Shown here: positions 26,501 through 41,500 of the stretch, piece by piece | Layout of the letters: each line of letters starts with the position of its first letter | Numbering within the stretch: the first letter of the stretch is position 1 | Assembly (NCBI RefSeq): GCF_001194135.2 | Contig: NC_068991.1 | Span: forward strand, 52,640,832 to 52,704,831 | Length of the DNA stretch: 64,000 bases | Origin: Octopus bimaculoides | Taxonomy: Eukaryota | Direction: 5' to 3' | Program-made: the position numbers and the translations under genes | Notes under the pieces: model-generated | Seen by the model: only the letters and a program-made list of their open reading frames with translations | Databases searched by the model: none | Told to the model about the DNA's origin: nothing

Positions 26501-29500
26501 CAAAGATTCCATTTCTTAAAGCAAACTAAGAAATTTAGTTTTTACATAGATTCTGTACTATTATATCAGATCTAGTTTTTAAGATGTGAATATTGTGATA
26601 TTTTATCAGTTGATATTGTATAACGTTTAATTTTAATACTCTGTACCATATTCTGTGACCTGAAGAATAAGACAAAGAGCTATATAAAAAAAAGGAATGT
26701 CATAAATTCATGCTGCTTCTTCTTGTTATAAATATGTAAAAGACTAAAGGTAGAAAATAAAAAAATATATAGTGAGTTTGAGACTCGGTCTCAATACCTG
26801 ACCCTTTTGTTTATGCGTTGTGGATACCTCTCTACTCTTGGACTTCTTCTCCCGCACCTCATCTAATCTGGTATATTGCATTCAATGTACCCTTTGTAAT
26901 TGTGTACATGTTGGTCATTTGGGCCATCGGCTAGCCAACCAATTCATTGAACACTTAGGGGATGTCTGCCTGCAGAAAAATACTGCCGTTGCCTGTCATT
27001 TTTGCTCCACTGGCCACTCCACCTCACACCTCACTGTTTTTTGGCATGGCCTTGCACTAAGAATCCACCAACACCATATTTCACTTTGAACAGTGCTACA
27101 TCTTCACTCTCCAAGCCCAAACTCCATTTGGACTAAACACGACCCCCTTCACCCAGTGACATCTTCCACACACATTTTCTAAAAAATCTATTTTTAATTT
27201 TCAAAAATTTATTTTTATTTTTATTTTTTTATCCATTTCACACACCCATATACATAGCTGGCACCCCCCACATAATACATACATACATACAATACATGCA
27301 CACATCCATGTTTACATATGCTGACATGTACAAAAAGGAACCCTTCACACACAAGCACATGCACACTTGTACACGCATGCATGCACAGACATACACACAA
27401 CCACACATATGCACACACCTACACACATGCCCTCATGCTCATATACATACCTGCACATGCCCCGCGCACATACACACATACACACACACACAGCAACATC
27501 AATGTACTCATACACTTGTTACCTTGCCTCTCACATGCATGCACACTCACACATGTCCACACATGCCCTCAATGACACTCATACGCACACGTGCACACAG
27601 TCACATTATCACACCTTCATATGCACACATGCAAACACATGTCAACACTCATACACTCCTCACTTCCTCTCTTGCCTCTCACCACCAAATTAAACGCTAG
27701 CTCCTAATCTGTTCATTGATTTGACATCACACCACACCCCTATGCATACATCAAATACAAACACACATGCACACGGATACTACCATACACACACTGGCCA
27801 TGATTGCACTCGCCTGTCCCAAAAACCACTTTCTTCCCACATCTGGTTACTTCAGAACATGTAACCACATGTGCTGTTTGTAGACTTTTTTTCCTTCTCT
27901 AGACTTTTTCCTTCTTCCTCTTTCTGACAGAGCTATGCTTGAGGTGTTCAGAACCCACTCTTTTTTCCAATTTTACTGAGTGTCAATTTAATAAATTCCT
28001 TATGTATGTCCTTTTGTTGTTTTGTTATTGTTATTTTTAATGTTTGATCATTAATGTTTAACATGTAATGTTTGATTTGACTATATTTATATTTGTTTTC
28101 GTAGATTTTACCCGTTTAAAAGGATTTAGAATTGAATATGAGTTTCAAGATTCTAGTAAAAACATCTGTAGAATTTTGGACTTTTCTAAATCTCTGAAGA
28201 ACAAATCCATTAGTAATGTGAGTACAATTTCTATCTTTAAAGAATCTTTCTTGAACCCCAAGAAGATGGTCATCTACATGGAATATGTTACTGATCCTGC
28301 ATGTTCTATTGATTTGCTGGAGATGAAGTTATTTTTTAGCCCTGATCAAGATAACCTTTGATCAGAGATACATCAGTCTTGACCACCTTGTATTTCATTC
28401 ATACAGAGTGTTTTTAGGGATACATTTACAAATACCTTCATTTTAGAAACAGGATGGGAAGTGATTTTGAAGGAGATTTAACTGTTATATCTAGTAGGTT
28501 AAACAACCATTTAGAAGTTCTCTCATTGAGTTGGTGAAGTTGAAGTATTCGGTGGCATTGAACTAAATTTTAAGGTTGATTATAAAGATGATGTTAGAGA
28601 AAAAAGAACCAACGTGGACTCTTGGAGTGAAAGTTCTATTTTGAGTGTTGCTGGAGGAAGGGAGTTCTGACGAAATAGTTTGGTAAATATTTTGTTGCTA
28701 TTATGTTAAACTATGTTAAAATTTATGTTAAAAGTATATCCAAATTTGGCCAAATGTGGGTTTTTTTTTCCAATATTCAATTTTGCTTGCAGTAGCCGGT
28801 TCTTTTGGTTAAACTATTGTATCTCCAGCTGCTTTAGATGCCAAGATATGAAAATTGTCAAAGTATAGTACAATGGTTTGCAAACAGTTTTGTAAAAAAA
28901 TTTCTGACTGAAAATATCATACATGCATGAAGTTATGATTTTATGCACCTAACAAAGTATTATTGTAAAGCTGAAACTGTTGCTAATGTAAAAAGAAATG
29001 AAGCAATGAAACTATTTTCTTGTTTACTGAAAAAGCAATGTTTTGGATCTATGACACTTTTGCATAATAGCAGTGATTTGTTCCTTTTGAAGGCAAAATT
29101 GGAAAATTAAAGAAAGATGTGAATGTTTTTTGGTTTGGACTGTAGAAAGTAGTAGTTGTTGAGCATTGAAGGTTATAAAGGAGCTAATGAAGAAGAAAAT
29201 TTCCTCATCAAGTTTACACATGTGTAATATGTATGTAATGGCTCTGCTTCGTAGCTATGACTTAGTGAAGACTAACATCAACAACAGTAAACATGTCTAA
29301 AGAAGAATTATCACATTTCCTTGTATCTAAAATAGTAGGCATTCCTTGCTATATAAATGGTAGTCAGAGATATTGAAAAAAGGTGATTGTGAATTTAATG
29401 TTTAATTTGTGATGAGAAAAGTAATTGAGATAGAAATGAGGAGGATCAGTGAGGTTCTAGTGTACACAAATAAAATTCTGAATGTTGTTGATAATGATGA

Positions 29501-32500
29501 ATGTCAATGAAGGTGAGAAGTGCAAGAAGCTCTGGTCTAAGATATTAAAATTCCTGCAAAATATGTGTAGTCACTTCAAATGATATCTATATTAATATAA
29601 AAGGACCAAAAAAGAATTGTTTACATAATTCTTGTGGAAGAAGCTTGCAGTAAAATATTCTTAATGACAATTAGATTAAAACAATGAAAAATGTATTGAA
29701 GCGGTAAGAGTAAAATAGCTGAGTGTTTTTTTTTTGTTTTTTTTTTAAGTTTAAAATTATTGTTGTAACATGCAATTGAACTGAACAATATTTTATTCCA
29801 TTATTTTGATGAAATTTTTAAAAAATATATTTGCAGTATAACTTTGAGTTTGAAATATATCCTATGAGAAAGAATAGAATATATTTGGTTCATCTTTACT
29901 CATTGCCGGAATCTGGAAACAATTATCTTCCTGCTCGGAAAGTTGATACATTCAGTAAGGAACCTGAAATTATTATTTATTTATTTAAAATCTTGGAGGA
30001 AACTGGTGGTGGTATCATCATCATCATCTTCACCACCACCACCACCACCACCCTCATAACAACAATCATGATCTTGGAGTGGGATGTATGACCAGAGTCA
30101 TCAGTTCTTATGAGGAATTTCTCTCTCTTAAACAGGCTAGGAACCATTTCACATCATGTCTCATTTGATTTTTGACATGGTTTCATTGCTCTCCTGAATG
30201 CCAACAACTTTACAGAATGTGCTGGTACCTTTTATCATAGTACCAACACTAGGCAGGTTGTCATATCTTTGGTAAGACTAAAGAATTACCTGTATGCTCT
30301 CTATATTTACTCCAGACATTGTGACCAAGAAAAGAGAGATAACAGAAACAGAACCAGGGTAAGGGAGTAAAAGAAAAGTAAGATGGAAGTAGAGAGTGAT
30401 ATAAGAGAGAGAGAGAGAGGAGGCATGAAACATTGTGTAATGGAAAGGAGATTGAATAGAAAAATATTATGAATGGCATGATAGAAAAAATAAGTGTGAT
30501 AGGCAGGAGACAGTTTCTGTTCTTTCACTATATTAACCCGCATAAGTGGTCTTACAAGTGATAGGACGGAGAGTGAGTGATAGGTGAGAGGATAATGAGA
30601 AAGAATGCAATAAGAAGGAAATTTAAGAAAATAATGGAGAAGAGATCTAAACACAGATATTATACAACCATGCCATCTTATTGTTCAATTTGCTCTGCTT
30701 TTATGGATGGCTGCATTGATCTTCCTCAACATCATGTGTTGCTACTCATAGTTTTTTGTTATCTTTTCCATGAGATTCTACCCCTTTAGATCAGTGTTCA
30801 CCTCTTTGTTCCATGTCATTCTTAGTCTAATCCTAATTTCCTTCACAAACACCAGATTACATGGGACTCCATTCACTTTGACTCCTTGGTACTTCTTTAT
30901 GCAACTGACATCTTTCATATGCATCACATATCCATAGCAGCACAGTTTTCTCTCTTACACAGAACAATTTGTATCCAGCTTTACTCTCAGCTCATTTATG
31001 CTTTGTTTGTCATGCACACTAAACATTACACATACATTGGAGCATGCTTATTTTTTTTTTTTCTACCCTTTGCAAACCTTTTGCATTCAAGCCCAAAATA
31101 ACTGGAAGCTGACTGGAAGTTTCTAAAAGACAATACACTGGTGGCTACAAACCTTATATGTGGCTATCTGCTAGAATCCTGTACTAGCCACAGATCTGAA
31201 ATGCTGATTAATGAGGTAATAGAGGGAAATGTAATACATAATGACTGGTTTTTGGAGTATCATCATTATCATCAATATGGGTTAAGTAGATGTACTAGAG
31301 AGAGAAAACTACTGAAGAATTAAGCTGATAGACCAAGTTATGAAAGTTACTGAATGATTTCTAGCACATTTAAAAAGAGAATTAGCCGAGGTGAGATACA
31401 GTTCAGCTCTGTGTCAAGAAAAGGAACTACTGGTACCTCCATCTTCTTAGTGAAGCAACTCAGGAGAAATATTTAGGTTAGAGTTAGACAATTAACATAG
31501 CTTCTGCTGACCCAAAGAAGGTTTTAGACAGGATTCTGTGCTCTAGTTGGTACTAAGGAAGCTAGTGGCTGATAAATGTGTTGTGAGGGTTGTACAAACC
31601 ATACACAGAAGGGTAATCAGCAAGGTGAGAGTCTGTGATGAATTCAACAGACTGGTGTGTATCTGTCAGGGCTCAATTATCAGCCCCTCCTTATAGATGT
31701 TCAGGCTGTATCTGAGGAGTTAAAGACTGGCTGTTCATGGCACTTCCTGTATGTTGTGATAGTTCTTATTAGTTGGAGATAGATTTTAAAAATTCCAGAA
31801 AGAGAAGCAAAATTCTGGTATTGAAAAGCCTGAAAGTGAACTTGGTAAAAGACTAAAGTTTTAGCAAGTAGGAAATACACTCTGATACCATCAAGAAAAT
31901 GACTGTATTTGATATACAGAAAAAGAATATGCAGAAATTTCATATAGCACACCCAATGTAAACTATGGAGATAAAACAAGTGGACTTCATATGCACAAGA
32001 GAAGTCTGCAGTTAGAGCTTATGTAATATAATGTCTTTTAAATGCTCAGAAAACCTCTTAGTTAATAGTTAGTGTTACCTAGTTGACCTAATTTGTTGTG
32101 TAAATGGGTCTTCCAAAAGCATAGAAGCTGTTGGAAGAATGAGGAGGCAAACGTTGTCATTGATGATAATGTTGAAATGAAAGGTTAAAAATTATTTGTT
32201 TATTTCTGTATTTTAATATTGATGTGTAACTGGAGTATATATGTAGCCAGTATTATTAGTTTCAAATTTTGCCGCAAAGTCTGCAAGTTTTGGGGAAGGA
32301 TATGTCAATTATATTGACCTCAGTACTCAAAAAGTACTTTTTTTTAAAATCAGAATTCTGCCAGCTCACCACCTTATGTAGCCAGTAATATTGGTATTCA
32401 CATGTTTTTACTAAAATTGATGTATATTCGATGGAAGAGCATTGAAGCTGATTTCTTAACTCCTATCTAATTGCACAGAATTATATTAATAGGAAGAATG

Positions 32501-35500
32501 ACTTCTTTCTGCTGTTAATGATTCTAAACATTCATGGACATTTCTGCTGCAAGTTTCTGACATGTGAGAGAGCATGTTGACCTCTACTGTTAAATATGAA
32601 ATTTGGTAATAAAGGTATTGAAGCTTGTTGGTGGGAATGACTCTTGTAATATTGTGGGAACAACAATCATTCAGATATTGACATGAAAATTATAACCTTA
32701 AATATTTTCTGCTTAAATTTAGTCAGCCTTGGCCTATTTTAACAACATTTACTATCTGTGTAATGTTTATGTTCACATAAATGGTTTCCCTTTACTTTTG
32801 CAGTGTGTCGTGAATGGACAACCCCAATAGATTATAGACTAAAAGAGGACAAGTTAATTGTGGATTTTGAACAAGGACCTTCAAAGTGTAATATAAAAAT
32901 GTATAAAGTAGCACTTCATTATACAAATTCAACCATTTTAAATATGGTGGCTGTCAATTCTTCCAAGGTTTGTCAAATTTCACCCTTTCAGTGATTTTAA
33001 TATTTCTCTAATTCTCAATAATAAATAAAGAAAACGTTTCTTCTTTTTCAAGTCTTTATTTCCCTATCTTGATTCTTATCCATTTAGTTTTAAATAAAAC
33101 TTATTCCCTTGCATTGTTTTACTGATTTATCTTGGTAAATTATTTTTGACTATATTGATGTTAGTTATTTTGTAATAACTATAGTAAATGTAACTTTGCT
33201 TCAATAGTCTCCATTGTCTTGTACTCTACACAGTTTTGTTATTTTCAGTAAATTGCAGCCACAAAACTAAGCATAGTGGTACCTTGACTTACGAGTATCC
33301 CAACTAATGAGTTTTTAGAGATATGAGCTATCTCTCAGCTAATCTTTTGCTTTGAGATGCAAGCTAAAATTCAGGTTATGAGCCAACTTCATATACCCCA
33401 CCACTAGTTGGCATAGCAAACGCCACAGTGAATGCTGTAACATCCACCCAGCATCCCGTGTCTTACTCACTAGCTAGACAGATATACACGTTAGCAAGTG
33501 CAAAGATCGTTAGTGGGTCGTTAATTACATGGGTGTTAAAATGCTCACTTAGTTGTTGCAGGCTACAGAAGCATCAGTGTTGCTTGCAATTGTGCTTGCA
33601 GTTATTTTGCAAAACTTTGTTTTTCCAACCATGGGTCTGAAAAAAGTGAGTGCAAAGGACAGTGGTGAGAAGCAGATGATGTGCATTGAATTAAAGAAAG
33701 AAATTATCAAAAAAACATGACCAAGGTGTGCATGTATTGACATGGCGAAACAGTACAAGCATAGCATTTCTATGATTTTCACCATACTGAAGCAGAAGGA
33801 GTCAATAAAGGCTATAATGCCAGTCAAGGGCATTAAAATAATTTCTAAAAAGCTAATGTCTATCCATGAAAATATGGAGAAGCTGCTGACCGTGTGGTTG
33901 ACGAAGAAGCAGCTCGCAGGAGATACCATGATGGAGGGTATAATCTGTGAGAACGTACAAGCTATTTACATTAATTTGCTGCAGCAGACCCCAGGCACTT
34001 GTATGGACAAGGTATTGAGCAAGCCATTTAAAGGTAGTAGGGGCTGGTTGGAGAATTTTAAAAAGAGGACCAGCATCCACTCCCTGTTCAGGCATGGTGA
34101 GGCAGCGAGAGTGGATATGTAGGTAGCTAAGGATTACCTCAAAACTTTTGCCAGAATTATAGTAGTTGAAAGATACATCCCCCAGCAAGTCTTCAACTGT
34201 GACAAGACAGGACTTTTTTGGAAGAAGATGCCAAGGAGGACTTATATAACGGTAGAGGAGAAGCAGATGCAAGGCCACAAACCCACGAAAGATAGGCTAA
34301 CCCTTGCACTGTGCACCGATGCAAGCAGCGACTGCAAGATTAAGCCACTGCTTGCTTATCGTTCGCAAAACCCCAGAACCATTAAGTCACATAAGATTCT
34401 GAAAGAAAAACTGCAGGTTATGTGGAAGGCAAATCTAAGGGTGTGGGTCACCAGGTAGTTCTCTGTGGAATGGGTGAATTTGGTCTTTGATCCTGGCATT
34501 AAGAAATATCTCCAGGAAAATAACCTACCCTTGCAAGCCCTTCTTGTCCTGGACAATGCACCTGCTCACCCACCTAACCTCGAAGATGACATCCTCGAAG
34601 GGTTCAAGTTTGTGAAAGTTCTCTACCGTCCACCCAACACCATCCCTATCCTGCAGCCCATGGACCAGCAGGAGATTTCTAATTTCAAGAAACTCTTCAA
34701 GCACTTCGAGGATGCCACTGCTTTAAGGTGACAGAGAGTACAAACCTCACCCTTCGAGAGTTCTGGAAGGACCACTATAACATCGTGATATGCCTCAGAA
34801 CTAATGATATGGCCTGGCAGGGTGTTACAAAGAGGACCTTGACCTCTGTGTGAAAGAAGCTGTGAACTGAGGTTGTGTCTGAAACGGACTTTGTAAGGCT
34901 TGAACCCGAAGCGGCAGTGATAGAGGAGATTGTATCCCTTGGCAAGTCCATGGGCCTGGACATGGATGAAGGTGACATCAATGAGCTCATTGAGGAGCAT
35001 TCCAAGGAACTGACAATGGAAGGGCTAAAGGAACTACAGATACAGCAACGTACGGAGGTTTTGCAGGAAATAGATGATGCGAAGGAGACGGAGGAGATTA
35101 TCTCTACAAATATGAAAAAGGAAATGTTGAGAATGTGTGAGAAACTTTCAGACTTTATTCAAAAGAAATGCCCAGAAAAAGTTGCATTTGGGCGTACAAC
35201 AACACTATTTAATGACACTTGCCTAACTCATTTCTGAAATACTCTGAAAGTGAGGATGAAACAGACCTTATTGGACAGGTTTTTATCGAAAACTCCTGCA
35301 GATGAAAGTGAGGAAAGCATGGTGAAAAAGGCAAAAATGAGCGAATAAGATTCAGGTATTCAGTTCAGCCTTTCTCCTCTACCTCTGTCAGCATCCTCCA
35401 AGTTGTCTGATCTCCAAAGTAAATGTTGTACATGATACTTAATAAAATCAGTTTATTGCAGTACATGCTATTGTATTGTTTTTTTATACAATAATCGTTA

Positions 35501-38500
35501 TTTATAAGTACATTTTTTGTATTTAAAAACATGTTGCATAAAAAATTGTGTTTTTTGTGGGGCCGGGAAAGGATTAATAGCATTTCAGTTGAGAAATTTG
35601 ATTTGACATACGAGTAATTTGAGTTATGAGCCCAGTCACGGAATGAATTAAACTTGTAGGTCAAGGTACCACTGTATTTAAATTGTCTTTCTATTTTTCT
35701 ATCAGATCTAGGTCTGGCTATAAAACAAAACAAAGAAAATTAGTTTGTGGCTATTTTGTTTTAGATGATGTAATTATGTAAAGAATAATTCTTTTGGGTA
35801 TATCAATACTATTGCTAAAACAAACTTTTTTTTTCCTACTATTAAATGAATAATAATTTTTGTCTTGACTAAAAATTAATTTTAACCATTGAATTCGGTA
35901 AAATATAAATCATTTTACCTAATTTAATGGCACCAGAATTATTGGTGTATCTATAAATTTTATTTTATAGTTACACCAGGTTTCAAAGATATCTCTGAGA
36001 ATTATAGATTTACTTTGAAAAATATTCAGAGTCAAATTTACAAATTTGTTTTCTTTTTTTTTTTTTTTCAGACAACCTCAAGATTAACCCATGACTTTCT
36101 TGGAATATGTCCTGGAAGCTACTACATAACTGTAAGTTATTTTCCATATTGGTCTTCATTTACCACATTTTGTTAAATTATGACATTTAAAAAGAATTCT
36201 GTTAATTTGGATAATTGCATAAATTATTGTTGAATGTGTTCCCTGAGTTTCATTCTTGTAGAATTTTCCACTTCTTCCACATTTTCAGATTCTCAGGACT
36301 TACCACTAGCTATGTAATTTTAAAAAAAAATTTGTCTCTTCCATGACAAACACTTCTACACATACTCACACATCTACTGCTATCAGTCTCTACCAAACTA
36401 GGGACTTTCTTTCTTTTCCAGAATTTGTATTAGTTCACTTGACTTTTCATTACTGTTTTATAGTGTTGTTTCTAAATTTCTTCTTTCACAGGTTCCTAAA
36501 ACCTTGCCCATTTTTTTCTTTCCTTCTCAGCCACTTACATTTTCTCTCTCCTCCTTTGCTCTTCTGATGAAGAACTCACATCTAAAATGTCAACTCTTTC
36601 TCTTCCTTCATTTCAATGTCAAACTAATACAATACTTATTAAAACTTGTCTCTCCTGTGTTGTCTTTTTTTTGGGGGGGGGTCATTACCTTTCCAATACA
36701 TGTGTGTGTGTGTGCATTGATTTTTATCTTAGTACCTCTTGTCACTTGATATGTGATTACCAAATATGTAAACTTGAAAGGGTGTTATTCTGTATTCTTT
36801 AAATTAGATTTATTTCAGGTACTGTTCACATAATAAATTCTTTGAAATAGGTGTATGGCAATAAGTTTGCTTCCCATCCACATAGTTTTAGGTTCAGTTC
36901 TACTGTGTGGCACCTTGGCCAAATATCTTCTATAGTCCAGGGCTGACCAAAACCATGTGATTCAGTCTGGTAGATGAAAATTGTAAAAAGTCCTGTGTCT
37001 GTGTGTGTTACTGTCTCCATTGTTTGATACCATCCTGCAAACAGTGTCCTTCATTTTCAGTAGTTTGTGAAAACATGTCTGGCCATGGGAAAATCTTACC
37101 TTACTTGGAAACAGGTGAGGGTTGTTGACAGGAAGGGCATCTGGCCATAGAAAATCTGCTTTGAAAACTGTTGTCCACTCCATGCAATAAAGGATGTTAA
37201 AATGATTATGATAATCTATATTTTATTTAAACTTTTGTTGTCTTGACATTAACAAAAAACTTATTCTTTTGCAAAAGTGGGAATGAAAGACTAATTGTGA
37301 TTGGTATTTGATTGGGATGATACAAACATAATAGTATTAAAAAGTATTGAGTCCTCTCTTGAAGGTTTATTGAAATATTTATTCAGTAGATGTTTTTACT
37401 CTTTTTTAAAATTTTCTTTTTAAAGGTTGAAATATTTGATGAAAATCCCTTTACCAACTGTATTTGTATAAACCTTAATGAAAAATGTGGTGAAGGCTGT
37501 GTTCGGACCCGAACCAATTCCATTGAAAGTAAGCAATACTAAAACAATGCCAAAGAAAAAACTTTATTATGTATTGTGCATTTTGCATAAAATGTTTGGA
37601 AATCAGCCACAAAGGTTAATGGGGGAGGGGGTCTGTGAGAGTTTCAGAGTAATGTATTAGGTCATCCCACAAATAATGCAGTTTTTTTTTTATACTTCTT
37701 TGACTTTTCCAGATTAAGATAGTACTTTTTCACTCTAAAGTATACCCTCTATTTTCTACAATGCTCTGCCATCTATCTGGTAGACTTGCAAGGCTCCTTT
37801 TCCAAAATTCACTTGTCCGTGACAAAAAGTACTCCTCCAGTGCTGTTCTGACCTTGTCTATAGAATTCATTTTTTCCGTTCAGATGATTTTGAAGACTGC
37901 GGAATAAATAATCAGATGGAGCAATGTCCGGTGAATATGGTGGGTCGGGCATCGTTTCCCATTCAAACTGCTCCAGCCTTGCTGTACGTGGCTGAGCATT
38001 ATCCTGATGGAAGAATACCTTTCGTCTTGAAACCAAAGATGGTGGTTTTTCTTCTAGCACTGACTTAAGCCACTGAAGCTGCTCACAGTAGATCTTTATC
38101 TTTTGGTTTGGGTTTAAAAGTTCAAAGTGGCCTAAACCTTTCATATTCCACAATACATAACAGCACCTTATATGAGTGAAAACTTTCTTTAGCCTGGGGT
38201 ACTGGTGTTTCTCCTTACCCACTGTCTTTGGCACTGGACAATTTTATAGAGAACCAGTCACTATTCAGTCCAAAAAAAGGTCCATTCAGGAGATGTGACA
38301 GCAAAGAAGAGCACACATTCACTCTCTGTGCGCAGTTAGACTCGGAAAGTTTGTGAGGAACCCATTGACTCAATTTGCTAACTTTTCCGATGGCATGCAG
38401 GTCTCAATGAATGGTTGAATGACCAAATCCAAGCTTCTCTGCTAGTTCCTCAACAGTTACAATAGGATTTTGTTCCACCAGGGTTTGTAGGATGTCCTCA

Positions 38501-41500
38501 TCGAGCTCTACAGATCTTCCAGGATGAGGCTTGTCTTCTAGGCTGTAGTTTCCACCTTGGAATTTCTGGAACCACTGTTGACACTGGCTTACGCTTATTG
38601 TCTGATCCCCGTATACTGCATTAATATTCCTCACATTTTCCATTGCATGGTTGCCTTTATTGAACTCTTAAAGCAAAATATGCTGAATATGCCCCTTTGT
38701 CACTTCCATTATAACTTTGAAAAAATAACTGTTAAAATCGTACTGCACTCTTCAAAACTTGCACTAAGAATAAGTACAAGGTGAAATTACTACCTGCTTT
38801 TATAGCAAGTTGATGCAAATAGTTTATCGTGTCCCCCTCTGACTTTTAGTTCATGCAATTGAAAAAACCACATTATTTATGGGGTGACCCAATAGTTTGT
38901 ATGATGGTGGCAGTCATGAGTAAGGTGCTTAATGGACTTTTGGGGAATAAGACAGTATATGTAATGAGAGGAATTAGGGGTGATAGGTAGCCAGCCATTA
39001 CAGCCAGTAAAGTGGTATGTACCAACAAGGAATCTTCTTATTCTTTGAATATCTTCTACTTCTATAACTAAATATAAGACTGTTTGTTAGTCAGTGTATA
39101 ATGTAAATAGTCTCAATGTAAAAAGTTCACCATTTCAGGACACTTTCTCTGATAGCGATTGCTTCTTTATAAAAGTGATGAGAGATTTTGTTCAGTGAGG
39201 GAAAAAGTCCTGGACTGGAAAGTGACGCATTTATTTCGCTGTGAAAGAACACCTGCACTTGTAGTCCATGGAGCATCTGTTTCAATGTGTTGTGGACCTT
39301 CATATAAGGTAGATGAGAAAAGTTGAAAGTAAGTGAATAACATCCAGCATGCTTTTTTGAATAGCATGTAATTTTTGCAATGGAAGTCTACGACTTAACA
39401 GAATAACCATGTACCTCCTCTACAGTAAGACACCTATTTCTGCTTCTGTCAGTCTAAGCTTTCATCATCTGTCACAAGATTACCTCCTTCAGTGCCTCCT
39501 CCCCTCTCAAAGGATATTTGTCTTGCAAGTTACTTGGTGGCCCTGCCAGTGCTAGTGCCATCTAAAATGCATCCAGTCCATACTGTAAAATAGTTAGCAT
39601 TTGGAAGGACATCCAGCTGTAAAAAGATCATACCAAAACTGATTTACCTGTGCTTGTGCCACATAAAAAGCACTTAGTCCACTCTGCAGAGTGATTGATG
39701 TTAGTAAGGGCATCCAGCCGTAAAAAAATCATGCCAAAACAGACGCTGAAGCCTGGTGTTTTCTGCCTAGCCAGCTCCTGTCAAACCATCCAACTCATAT
39801 CAGCATGGAAAGTGGACATTAAATGATGATAATGATAGAAAGTATTTGAGAAAGTAAGGTTTACTCATAAACCTCTACTTTTCTCTTAACAGCTTCCAGA
39901 GACCAGCAACACTTGAGTAATAGAGCTACTGGATTCTAATCCAGTATACATGTATTTGATAAAATAAGAGTCCACTGGAGATTAGGATGGGAGGATGGCA
40001 TATGTGAAGATAATTTTACATATTAAGGAATATAGATGGCTTAAAATGTGTAAGTGGTTTGAACATTTTGTGTAGGAATTAGGAAATCTATTCAGAGTAT
40101 CCATTGAAAATTAGTGATTCAGGGGGAAATATTTTCAAAGCTATCAGAGGTTCATATTTAAAAAAAAAAAAATTTTTTTTTTTGTTCTGGTTCAGGTAAA
40201 AAATGTTTCATTTTCAAGTGATACTGTGTAAGTTTTTATTTTATTTTGTCTTAAATTTTCTTTTATAGAGATTGGTCAATCATGCTTAGAAGTGACAACA
40301 ACTACAAGTCCTTCGACAAAAGAACCTCCAAACCCCCCAAAATTAACCATTTTCCTTGCTGTTGTTGGAGCTACGGTTGGTCTGTTACTCCTAGGTCTCA
40401 CTGTTTATTGTTTAAAGCGTAAGTATACAATTCTTCTTCAAACATATAATGAATCAGAATCACAGTATATTGGATAGATATTATCCCTTAGTGGGTTGGA
40501 TTCACAACCCCTAACTTTCTTGGATTTATATATATATATATATATATATATTTGACAGGAAGGACAACAAAAGAAAGAAAGATACCTTGATATTATGCAA
40601 ATAGAGGAATTTATCTGTAAAAATATGTGACACTTATTCTTACAGATATATATATATATATATTGATGGCTTAGCAGGCCAAAACTTTGAAGTCATTGTC
40701 AATGCTATTAAAGAATAATAAATATATACTCCATGTAAACTATTGAACAATTCTTTAGTTTAATGTAAAATTGCTTTATTATATTGTTATATTTTGGGAT
40801 GGTCTCTTTTTTTAACTAAATAACCACATGTACTATATACTTGTTCTTCACGTCAGCTTTATTATGTTTGTTGATGCTACTCCTAGTGGTGAACTAGCAT
40901 ACCTTTCAGGAAAACCTTAGATAAAATGAATCTATGGATTAAAGTTGTAGAAAGGCCAGGAACCCCCATAACATTCCTGAACTGTAGAACGTATCCATTC
41001 AAAAGGATTCCACGTACGTATAACAGCTGTATAGTATGTAAGATGAACCCACAGGTTAACTGTAAGATTAGGAATGTAGACTGTAGAATATGGTGTGCTG
41101 AGGGACAGTGCAGAAACCAGACAATAACATACATTGCAGAGACAGCATGTAGCATAGGGAAGGAAATAGGTGAGCACTGTTGGGAGCTTAAGGAGGACAA
41201 AAGCCTGTCAGTGCTCTATGAACATGCTCACTTAAAAGCTTGGTCAATAACATAGATGTTCATATATTATCAACCCATAGAAATAGACATGGCACTTAGG
41301 TTACAGAGGCCACACACATAGTTGTGTGTGTGTGGTTCTGATTATATAGCCTTAAGCAGATGAGTTGAATCTCACATAGAAGATACCTGTTTTTCAAGAA
41401 ATATTACCTGTAGGTCTGGTTCTTATTTTGTCACAGCTAGAAAAAAACCTAAGGCCATAAAATCTTGAATATTATAACAAGAGACACAACAAATGACCAG

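Noticed and set aside
27221-27700. Cys/His-rich ORFs (metallothionein- or zinc-finger-like; also 14924-15261 and 19006-19892)
   Set aside because: Translations of CA/TA microsatellites and LTR repeats.
33742-35237. Domesticated Tigger-derived gene (TIGD1-like)
   Set aside because: Multiple stops and frameshifts, with both TIRs present. It is a decayed transposon.
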